From an uncultured Planctomycetia bacterium (lineage in GTDB: Bacteria > Omnitrophota > Gorgyraeia > Tantalellales > Tantalellaceae), in assembly GCA_964572255.1 (NCBI GenBank), contig CAZNEE010000001.1, forward strand, positions 203,587 through 267,586: 64,000 nucleotides of DNA, written 5' to 3'. Position 1 is the stretch's first letter; every line of letters starts with the position of its first letter. Of this stretch, positions 10,361 through 17,575 are shown one piece after another. The position numbers and the translations under genes were made by a program. The notes below the pieces were generated by a model. It searched no databases. It was given only the letters and a program-made list of their open reading frames with translations, and was not told the origin of the DNA.

Positions 10361-10421
10361 TAGTTAAATGTTTAAGGGATAAAGAGTTATATAAAATAAT
10401 AATTGGGATCCGTACGTAAGT
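10301..10421 (+). repeat. Junction arm, copy A1 (putative att arm)
   Basis: 92/120 ungapped identity to 14491-14610 by hand count; ends in CCGTACGTAAGT. Confidence 0.85.
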
Positions 10422-10478
10422 GGAATTTATCAGATTTCATTCGAGCCTTTAACTGCACGTACTATTTTGGGAAAAGAT

Positions 10479-10856
10479 ATGAAAAGAGTTTTCGTAACTG
10501 CGATAAATTGCATTGATGGGCGGGTTCAGAAGCCTTTAACGGAATTTGCAATAAGCAAATTCGGGGTTGATTATGTCGATATGATAACCGAGCCCGGTCC
10601 GGATAAGATCTTGAGTGAGAAAAAAGACCTGAATATTATTGAATCAGTAAAAAGACGCACGTTAATTTCTGTTGAAAAACATAAATCAAAGGTCGTTATT
10701 ATTGCGGGGCATCATGATTGCGCCGCAAATCCGGTTGAAGAAAACGAGCATTATAGACAAATCAAGGAAGCCGTAAAAAATGTAAAAGAATGGAATTTAG
10801 GAGCTGATATTTACGGCATATGGGTTGATGAGAACTGGAAAGTTGTTTTACTATAA
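10479..10856 (+). CDS. Beta-carbonic-anhydrase-like protein (cassette 1 cargo)
   Basis: CIDGR and HHDC zinc-ligand motifs (CxDxR...HxxC). ATG 10479 is preferred over TTG 10467. Confidence 0.75.
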   Translation: MKRVFVTAINCIDGRVQKPLTEFAISKFGVDYVDMITEPGPDKILSEKKDLNIIESVKRRTLISVEKHKSKVVIIAGHHDCAANPVEENEHYRQIKEAVKNVKEWNLGADIYGIWVDENWKVVLL

Positions 10857-10879
10857 AAATTTCTTAGAAAGGAAATAAG

Positions 10880-10915
10880 TTGCATAAAAAAGTTTACATA
10901 CGCACGTTCGGCTGA
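10880..10915 (+). pseudogene. Orphan miaB 5' fragment 2 (MHKKVYIRTFG*)
   Basis: TTG start after AAAGGAAA; 11 MiaB-like codons, then TGA at the Cys position and CCGTTGG. Confidence 0.8.
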
Positions 10916-10979
10916 CCGTTGGTTACAGTGGCGCGAGATGATTATAGAATCGGTTAAAACTATAAGATGAGTGTAAGAT

Positions 10980-12827
10980 ATGTCGGAAAAAGAACTTAAA
11001 AGAGAACTGGGGTTTTGGGATATATTTTGTCTGGCCTCCGGGGCGATGATCAGTTCGGGTATATTTATACTGCCGGGACTGGCATATGGTCAGGCAGGGC
11101 CGCTGGTGTTCATATCATATTTTCTTGCCGGGGTACTGGCTTTAATGGGAACATTGAGCATTATCGAACTTTCTACAGCCATGCCCAAGGCTGGAGGCGA
11201 TTATTTCTTTATTACCAGGAGCCTGGGGCCGCTTGTAGGAACCGTATCCTCTTTTCTCAGCTGGACCGCTCTTTGCCTGAAATCAGCGTTTGCTGTGTTC
11301 GGTATAGCCGAGATTTTGTATATCACTTTCGGTTTTCCGGTACTCGTATCATCATTTTTTATCTGTTGTTTTTTTATGGCACTTAATATTCTGGGGGTAA
11401 AAGAGGCGGCAAAGTTAGAAATTATACTTGTTGCCGGATTGTTTGCCATAATGCTTTTTCTGGTAGTGGGCGGATTGGGAAGTCTTTCCGAATCCAATTT
11501 CACGCCTTTGCTCCCGAATGGTATAAACAAGGTGCTTGTTACCGCGGGATTTGTTTTTATATCCTTTGGAGGGCTTCTTAACATTGCCAGTATATCAGGA
11601 GAGGTCAAAGATCCTTCCAAAAATATTCCCAAAGGTATGATATTTTCGGTTCTTGCGGTTACAGCCATGTATTCAGCCGTACTTATAGTGGTGGTAGGTC
11701 TTTTGCCCGGGGATAAACTAGTAGGGTCTCTTACTCCGGTGGCGGACGCGGGAAGAATACTTTTTGGAAAAGCAGGTTATGCCGTAGTCTCAATAGGAGC
11801 GCTCCTGGCGTTTGTTACCACGGCTAATGCCGGGATAATGTCTGCATCCAGGTATCCTCTTGCTCTTAGTGACGACCGGCTTTTGCCGCCGGCTATAAGC
11901 ATCCTTACAAAAAAGAAAAGATCTCCCGTTGTAGCTATATCACTAACCGGGCTTTTCATCTTTATATGTTTGACTCTTGACCTCGCTACGCTTGTCAAGC
12001 TCGGATCAGTAGTTATCCTGACCCTGTATATATTGACCAATGCAGCCGTTATAATACTCAGGGAAGGAAGGGTTCAGAATTACAGGCCGTCTTTCAAAAT
12101 GCCTTTTTACCCCTGGATCAATATTGCCGGAATACTTCTTTTTGTTTTTCTTATCATGGATATGGGTTTTGTAGCTGTTGAGATGAGTATTGCGCTCTTG
12201 ATAACGGCAGTCTTGACGTATTTTCTGTATGGGAGGAAAAGGCACAATATAGAATATGCTTTGCTTCATTTAATAGAAAGAGTTATCAGTAAAAAAATAA
12301 CAGATAACACCCTTGAGGAAGAATTAAAAAGCGTTATTATTCATAGAGATGAAATGATAATAGATAGATTTCATGAGCTTGTTGAAAGTGCTACTGTTTT
12401 AGATATTAAGAAAAAAACAAAAATTGACATATTTCTTAATATGTTGGCGGAAAAGGTTTCAAATGAAATTGGTCTTGCGGATAAAGAAGTTATTGAGCTT
12501 TTCAAACAAAGAGAAGAGGAGGGATCTACTGCTATTACACCATTCGTAGCTATACCACACATAATAATCCCCGGCAAAAATAGATTCAAGTTGGTTGTAG
12601 TAAGATGTATCGAAGGGGTAGAATTTACCAGTGAAAATAATAGTGTAAAAGCTGTTTTTGTTTTATTTGGCACTAAGGACGAAAGGGCATTCCATCTGAA
12701 AGTTTTATCTTCCATAGCGCATATTGTGCAAAACCCAAAATTTGAAAAGACATGGATTAATGCCAAGGATGAAAATCAAATAAAGGATATTATTTTATTA
12801 AGCGAACGTAAAAGATTTAAAATGTAG
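10980..12827 (+). CDS. APC-family amino acid permease fused to a C-terminal PTS EIIA (type 2) domain (cassette 2 cargo)
   Basis: LKRELG...GAMISSGIF, ELSTAMPKAGGDY and GEVKDPSKNIP motifs; C-terminal REEEGSTAITPFVAIPH EIIA motif. Confidence 0.88.
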   Translation: MSEKELKRELGFWDIFCLASGAMISSGIFILPGLAYGQAGPLVFISYFLAGVLALMGTLSIIELSTAMPKAGGDYFFITRSLGPLVGTVSSFLSWTALCLKSAFAVFGIAEILYITFGFPVLVSSFFICCFFMALNILGVKEAAKLEIILVAGLFAIMLFLVVGGLGSLSESNFTPLLPNGINKVLVTAGFVFISFGGLLNIASISGEVKDPSKNIPKGMIFSVLAVTAMYSAVLIVVVGLLPGDKLVGSLTPVADAGRILFGKAGYAVVSIGALLAFVTTANAGIMSASRYPLALSDDRLLPPAISILTKKKRSPVVAISLTGLFIFICLTLDLATLVKLGSVVILTLYILTNAAVIILREGRVQNYRPSFKMPFYPWINIAGILLFVFLIMDMGFVAVEMSIALLITAVLTYFLYGRKRHNIEYALLHLIERVISKKITDNTLEEELKSVIIHRDEMIIDRFHELVESATVLDIKKKTKIDIFLNMLAEKVSNEIGLADKEVIELFKQREEEGSTAITPFVAIPHIIIPGKNRFKLVVVRCIEGVEFTSENNSVKAVFVLFGTKDERAFHLKVLSSIAHIVQNPKFEKTWINAKDENQIKDIILLSERKRFKM

Positions 12828-12868
12828 TGACGCAAAAATTCATACAACTATATAAGAGGTAATATTTT

Positions 12869-12904
12869 ATGTTAAAGAAAGTTTTCATCAGGACTTTTGG
12901 CTGA
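12869..12904 (+). pseudogene. Orphan miaB 5' fragment 3 (MLKKVFIRTFG*)
   Basis: ATG after AAGAGGT; 11 MiaB-like codons, then TGA and CCGCTGG. Confidence 0.82.
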
Positions 12905-13021
12905 CCGCTGGTGTAAGGTATGCAGACTGATTTTGCAGACTTTAAGGGACATATATTCTTGCACTTAAGTGTTTGTGAAATATAGACATAATAAGTTAAT
13001 TAACTTAATGCCGTACGTAGT
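12902..13021 (+). repeat. Junction arm, diverged copy B2
   Basis: Ungapped alignment to A1 (about 61/120 by hand), with CCGTACGTA at the same +109 offset (13011). Confidence 0.7.
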
Positions 13022-13033
13022 AAAAAATAGAAA

Positions 13034-14206
13034 ATGAAAAATTCTAGCAAATTTTTAATCAGCATCGCCGTGTTTTTAGGATTTTATTATCTGCCAATAG
13101 AATTATTGCCATTTCGAAATCCTATATTTGAAGCATTAGCATTAGCGAAATGGTATGCGAGAGAGCATGTGCTATTATGTTTAGTGCCGGCTTTCTTTAT
13201 AGCAGGGGCGATATCAGTTTTTATAAGTCAAGCAGCTATTATTAAGTATTTTGGCGCAAAAGCCAAGAAAATATTAGCTTATACCGTAGCTTCTGTATCA
13301 GGTAGTATTTTGGCTGTTTGTTCCTGCACAGTATTGCCACTATTTTCTGGAATTTACAAAAGAGGGGCTGGTTTAGGGCCTGCTATAGCATTCCTTTATT
13401 CAGGACCGGCTATTAACGTATTGGCTATTATTTTTACTGCTAGAGTTTTAGGATGGCAGCTTGGTTTTGCAAGAGCGGCAGGGGCTGTTATTTTTAGTAT
13501 TGTTATAGGATTTTTGATGCATCTGATATTCTTGAAAGAAGAACGGGAAAGGCATGCTCAAGGAAATTTCGCAGTGCCAGAGGAAGAGCCAAGCAGACCT
13601 TTATGGAAGAATGCTATATATTTTTCTTCTACGATAGGTATTCTTATTTTTGCCAATTGGGCAAAACCTGGCGCATCAGATTCAGGATTATGGGTAAAAA
13701 TATATCAATTCAAATGGTTTATTACAGCTATTTTTGGAATAGTATTAGCATTGGTATTGATAAGCTGGTTTAAAAAAGATGAACTAAAGAAATGGATAAC
13801 ATCAAGCTGGGAGTTTGCGCTTCAAATATTGCCCTTATTGCTTTTAGGTGTATTGGTAGCTGGATTGCTTCTTGGCAGAGTAGGTCATGAGGGGATAATT
13901 CCTTCAAGATTTGTTGAAAAATTAGTAGGCGGTAATTCATTATTCGCTAATTTCTTTGCTTCAATATTTGGAGCATTTATGTATTTTGCCACGCTTACAG
14001 AAGTACCGATCTTGAAAGGATTGATAGGCGCTGGAATGGGAAAAGGCCCTGCTTTAGCGCTTCTTTTAGCAGGCCCGGCGTTGAGTTTGCCTAATATGCT
14101 TGTTATACGAAGCGTAATAGGCATAAAAAAGACAGTTGTTTACGTAGCGCTTGTAGTTATAATGGCCGCTATAAGCGGGATCATATTCGGCATTTTAGTA
14201 AAATAA
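13034..14206 (+). CDS. DUF318/ArsP-like permease (cassette 3 cargo)
   Basis: HVLLCLVPAFFIAGAI, AVCSCTVLPLF, FLYSGPAIN and MYFATLTEVPI motifs. Confidence 0.85.
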   Translation: MKNSSKFLISIAVFLGFYYLPIELLPFRNPIFEALALAKWYAREHVLLCLVPAFFIAGAISVFISQAAIIKYFGAKAKKILAYTVASVSGSILAVCSCTVLPLFSGIYKRGAGLGPAIAFLYSGPAINVLAIIFTARVLGWQLGFARAAGAVIFSIVIGFLMHLIFLKEERERHAQGNFAVPEEEPSRPLWKNAIYFSSTIGILIFANWAKPGASDSGLWVKIYQFKWFITAIFGIVLALVLISWFKKDELKKWITSSWEFALQILPLLLLGVLVAGLLLGRVGHEGIIPSRFVEKLVGGNSLFANFFASIFGAFMYFATLTEVPILKGLIGAGMGKGPALALLLAGPALSLPNMLVIRSVIGIKKTVVYVALVVIMAAISGIIFGILVK

Positions 14207-14216
14207 GGGGAAGGTT

Positions 14217-14453
14217 ATGAAAATACAAGTTTATGGAAAAGGTTGCCCGAAATGCCACGATTTAACTCACAATGTCCAAGAAGCACTTAAAGAGATCGGT
14301 AAAGAAGATAAAGTTGAGCATGTGGCTGATATTAACAAGATAACCGAAAAAGGAATTATGCTTACGCCGGCGCTTGTTATCGATGATGAGATAGTAAGTG
14401 AAGGAAGGATTCTTTCGGTGGATGATATTAAAAAAGCTATAATGGATAAGTAA
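14217..14453 (+). CDS. Small redox-active disulfide protein (MTH895/thioredoxin-like; cassette 3 cargo)
   Basis: MKIQVYGKGCPKC CxxC motif and TPALVIDD; the usual partner of DUF318 permeases. Confidence 0.88.
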   Translation: MKIQVYGKGCPKCHDLTHNVQEALKEIGKEDKVEHVADINKITEKGIMLTPALVIDDEIVSEGRILSVDDIKKAIMDK

Positions 14454-14457
14454 AGTC

Positions 14458-14547
14458 ATGACAAAGAGAATATACATAAAAACTTTTGGTTGTCAGATGG
14501 AAGCGTTATTACATGTCAGTTTTACATTTCTTGGAGGAAGTTTATAG
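14458..14547 (+). pseudogene. Orphan miaB 5' fragment 4 (MTKRIYIKTFGCQM, then an unrelated tail to a stop)
   Basis: ATG 4 nt after the upstream stop; 14 MiaB-like codons, then a tail nearly identical to that of fragment 1 (EALLHVxFTFLGG). Confidence 0.85.
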
Positions 14548-14611
14548 TAGCAGCTAATTGCTTTTGGCTTAAAGAGTTAAGTTAACCTGAGACAGGGAAC
14601 CGTACGTAAGT
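14491..14611 (+). repeat. Junction arm, copy A2
   Basis: 45/47 identical to A1 at the start and 92/120 overall, ungapped; CCGTACGTAAGT at 14600. Confidence 0.85.
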
Positions 14612-14617
14612 ATTGTT

Positions 14618-15394
14618 ATGAAATACACAAAACGACAGATTAATGATCTGAAAAAGGTAATGGGTGTTGAAAAAGAGATGATTCCGCTGCTTTCTCTTTT
14701 TAAGCCGAAAAACAGAATACTCAATCCGTGGGTAAAAAAGTTTCCCGGTATTTTTAAGAAGCTGGGGCTTAAAAAAGGAATGAGGGTGATAGATATCCCC
14801 TGCGGCCAGGGAGGAGTTTCGGTGCCTCTGGCAAAAAAGTACAAAGTGAACGTAACAGGATATGATATTTTACCGGCGTATGTCCGTTACGCGCGGGGAT
14901 ATGCAGAGGAAAAAAGAGTTTCCGATTTGTGCAGATTCGAGGTTGGGGATATCAGAGACGCGGTTAAAAGGAAAGATATATGCGATGTTCTTTTGTGGGT
15001 GGCGCCTCCTCACGTATGGGGCGGGGCAAAGCCCACCATAGGTAAGTTGAGAAATGCGGTTAAAGATGGAGGCATAATAGTTATTGCCGACGCATATCTA
15101 TATCCCGGTGTCAGACGAAAAGGAATGTATAAGAACTACGAGAATCTTAAAAATACCACTCAAGGATATTCCTCATTCGGCGATAAAATTGTAAAAGTGT
15201 ATGATTATAAAAGTTCTTTGTGGGATTTTGATTATTCAAGAACCAGAAGAGAAATCGTTAAAGGGATAAAAAGAGCAAAAACCGAAAAGGATCGAAAAAT
15301 CGTCAAAAAATATATTGCGTCAATGGATGATATTCAAAATAAAGAGACAAAAGATCTGGGCCTGGCGGTTTGGATAATAAAAATGGTTAAATGA
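14618..15394 (+). CDS. Class I SAM-dependent methyltransferase (cassette 4 cargo)
   Basis: VIDIPCGQGG motif I, VTGYDI, FEVGDI and VKDGGIIVI. Confidence 0.82.
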   Translation: MKYTKRQINDLKKVMGVEKEMIPLLSLFKPKNRILNPWVKKFPGIFKKLGLKKGMRVIDIPCGQGGVSVPLAKKYKVNVTGYDILPAYVRYARGYAEEKRVSDLCRFEVGDIRDAVKRKDICDVLLWVAPPHVWGGAKPTIGKLRNAVKDGGIIVIADAYLYPGVRRKGMYKNYENLKNTTQGYSSFGDKIVKVYDYKSSLWDFDYSRTRREIVKGIKRAKTEKDRKIVKKYIASMDDIQNKETKDLGLAVWIIKMVK

Positions 15395-15404
15395 AAGAGA
15401 TTGT

Positions 15405-16733
15405 ATGAGTAAGAAAGTTTATCTCAGAACTTTTGGGTGTCAGATGAACGAACGTGATTCTGAGCTTATTTCAGGCATGCTGAAAGAAAAGGGGTACAAA
15501 ATATCCGATAACGCGGAAGAAGCGGATATCATCCTTTTTAATACATGCAGCGTCCGCCAACATGCCGAAGACAGGGTGATCGGTAATATCCAAAAACTCT
15601 CTTCCCGGAAGAAAAAAGACCCGAATTTAAGGATAGGCGTCTTAGGCTGCATGGCTAAGCGTCATGGGGAAATGCTTTTCAAGGAATATCCGCAGGTTGA
15701 TATTGTCGTGGGGCCAAGCAATATTTATGACATTCCGGATCTCTTGGACAGGGTGTATGATTCTGAAGAGATTCTAGCTGTAGACAGGGAAAAGCGCCCT
15801 AAAAAGAAAGCATTAGCCGGATATCGTTCGGGAATATTTTCGGCATATGTTAACATCATGTACGGGTGTGATAATTTTTGTTCATATTGTATCGTGCCTT
15901 ACGTGAGAGGGCGCGAAACATCACGTCCTAAAAAAGACATCATCGATGAAGTCAAAGCTTTGGCCGATAATGGTTTTAAAGAAGTAACGCTTCTCGGGCA
16001 GAATGTGAATTCTTATGGCAAAGGCCTTTCGAGCAAAATATCTTTTCCGGAACTTCTGGAAGCCGTTAATCGTGTGAAAGGCATAGAACGCATTCGTTTT
16101 ACAACAAGCCATCCCAAAGATGCCGGAAAAAGCCTTTTTCGGGCGGTATCTGACCTGGACAAGGTATGCGAACACATCCATCTTCCGCTTCAATCAGGGT
16201 CCGACAAGATACTGGATCTCATGAACAGAAAATATACATATGAGGACTATAGAAAAAAGATAGAACTCTTGAGAAGCATGAATTCCGATGTAGGACTGAG
16301 TACTGATATTATAGTCGGGTTTCCTTCCGAGAAAGAAAATGATTATAAAGCTACATTTAAAGCGATGGACCAGATCGGTTTTAATTCCGCTTTTATCTTT
16401 AAATATTCGCCTCGTCCTCCCGCGCTCTCTTCATGTTTAGTGGATGATGTGAGTGAAAAAGATAAAAGAAGCCGAAATAACGAACTGCTCGAACTTCAAA
16501 AAAAGATATCACACCAAAAGAACAAAGGGATGGTCGGTACACAGCAGGAAATTTTGGTCGAGGGAAGGAGCCGCATGTCAAAAAAGGAACTTATCGGCAG
16601 GACCCGTAATTTTACGCCTTGCGTTTTTCCCGGTGGCGATAACCTTATTGGCCAGCTTGTTAAAGTGGACATAAAAGGAACAAGTCAAACCACGTTAAAA
16701 GGAGTATTAATAAGTGGAAAAGAAAATGATTGA
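15405..16733 (+). CDS. miaB: tRNA-2-methylthio-N6-dimethylallyladenosine synthase MiaB
   Basis: TFGCQMNERDSE, NTCSVR, GCMA, radical-SAM CDNFCSYC, HLPLQSGS and a C-terminal TRAM domain. Confidence 0.96.
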   Translation: MSKKVYLRTFGCQMNERDSELISGMLKEKGYKISDNAEEADIILFNTCSVRQHAEDRVIGNIQKLSSRKKKDPNLRIGVLGCMAKRHGEMLFKEYPQVDIVVGPSNIYDIPDLLDRVYDSEEILAVDREKRPKKKALAGYRSGIFSAYVNIMYGCDNFCSYCIVPYVRGRETSRPKKDIIDEVKALADNGFKEVTLLGQNVNSYGKGLSSKISFPELLEAVNRVKGIERIRFTTSHPKDAGKSLFRAVSDLDKVCEHIHLPLQSGSDKILDLMNRKYTYEDYRKKIELLRSMNSDVGLSTDIIVGFPSEKENDYKATFKAMDQIGFNSAFIFKYSPRPPALSSCLVDDVSEKDKRSRNNELLELQKKISHQKNKGMVGTQQEILVEGRSRMSKKELIGRTRNFTPCVFPGGDNLIGQLVKVDIKGTSQTTLKGVLISGKEND

Positions 16734-17526
16734 AGAACTGATCGGATTGATCCGCAAAGCCGGTGAAGAGGTCTTGGAAGTTTATGACGCCGGGAAAAAT
16801 ATTGGGCTTGAATATAAAGATGATAATAGCCCTCTTACCGAGGCGGATAGAAGATCTAATAATACAATAACGGAAGGTCTTAAAAATCTTACACCGGATA
16901 TTCCGGTGATCTCTGAAGAAAATAGAAGCATTCCTTATGAAGAGCGGAAAAATTGGGGAAAATTCTGGCTGGTGGATCCTTTGGACGGAACGAAAGAATT
17001 TATTAAACGCAATGGCGAATTTACGCTGAATATCGCTCTCATAGAAGAAGGGGAGCCGGTCTTCGGCATGGTCAGCATTCCCGCTAAAGGCATGATTTAC
17101 TATGGTTCTAAGGGGGAGGGAGCTTTTAGTTTGTCTTTAACTAGTGAAAAAACTGAAAAAATATCCAATAAAGACGCGGTACGGGCTGGGAAGCTGAAAG
17201 CCGTTGCTTCAAGATCACACTTATCGGAGAAAGCAAACTTATTAGTGGAAGCATTGGGGGCTGATATGGTCAATGCGGGCAGTTCGCTAAAGTTTATCCT
17301 GGTAGCAAAAGGGGAAGCGGACTTTTATCCGCGTTTTGGGCCGACGCATGAATGGGATACCGCGGCTGGGCATGCGATCGCCGAAGCCGCAGGCGCTGTT
17401 GTATGCGGTCTTGACGGCAAACCGCTTGAGTATAACAAGGAAATATTCAAACACGACGGTTTTCTTGTATGTACGCCGTCTATTAAAGATAAAGTAATCG
17501 ATTGTGTATCAGGTATTACAACTTAA
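16714..17526 (+). CDS. cysQ: 3'(2'),5'-bisphosphate nucleotidase CysQ
   Basis: SPLTEAD, ISEE, WLVDPLDGTKEF, GSSLKF and EWDTAAGHA. The start may be ATG 16726. Confidence 0.92.
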   Translation: MEKKMIEELIGLIRKAGEEVLEVYDAGKNIGLEYKDDNSPLTEADRRSNNTITEGLKNLTPDIPVISEENRSIPYEERKNWGKFWLVDPLDGTKEFIKRNGEFTLNIALIEEGEPVFGMVSIPAKGMIYYGSKGEGAFSLSLTSEKTEKISNKDAVRAGKLKAVASRSHLSEKANLLVEALGADMVNAGSSLKFILVAKGEADFYPRFGPTHEWDTAAGHAIAEAAGAVVCGLDGKPLEYNKEIFKHDGFLVCTPSIKDKVIDCVSGITT

Positions 17527-17572
17527 AAGAACACTTGAATTGTTCTCTCAGGGACGTCAAAATTCCCCAGCG
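17522..17572. repeat. About 50-bp inverted partial copy of the element downstream of miaA
   Basis: CAGGGACGTCAAAATTCCCCAGCG resembles the reverse complement of 18585-18608 (CAGGGACGGTCAATTTCCCCAGCG); similarity extends to CTTAAAA. Confidence 0.7.
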
Positions 17573-17575
17573 AGC

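Larger units (their letters stand above)
10268..15437 (+). mobile_element. Tandem array of four putative site-specifically integrated gene cassettes at the miaB 5' end
   Basis: Four miaB-start/arm junctions (10268, 10880, 12869, 14458) plus the intact miaB start (15405) delimit units of 612, 1989, 1589 and 947 bp. Confidence 0.65.

Noticed and set aside
10880-12916. Selenocysteine read-through of TGA at the MiaB Cys position in fragments 2 and 3
   Set aside because: The downstream codons are PLV..., not QMN. The frames stop after 15 and 3 more codons, and no shared SECIS-like hairpin is apparent. TGACCGYTGG aligns with the arm core instead.
10268-14611. CRISPR array or classical integron attC sites as the explanation for the junction repeats
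   Set aside because: The units are 0.6-2 kb and gene-bearing. The repeats are not palindromic, lack RYYYAAC/GTTRRRY boxes, and no cas or intI gene is present.
17504-17575. N-terminal extension of MiaA given by the ORF track
   Set aside because: It overlaps cysQ and runs through the inverted repeat; family similarity begins at ATG 17576.
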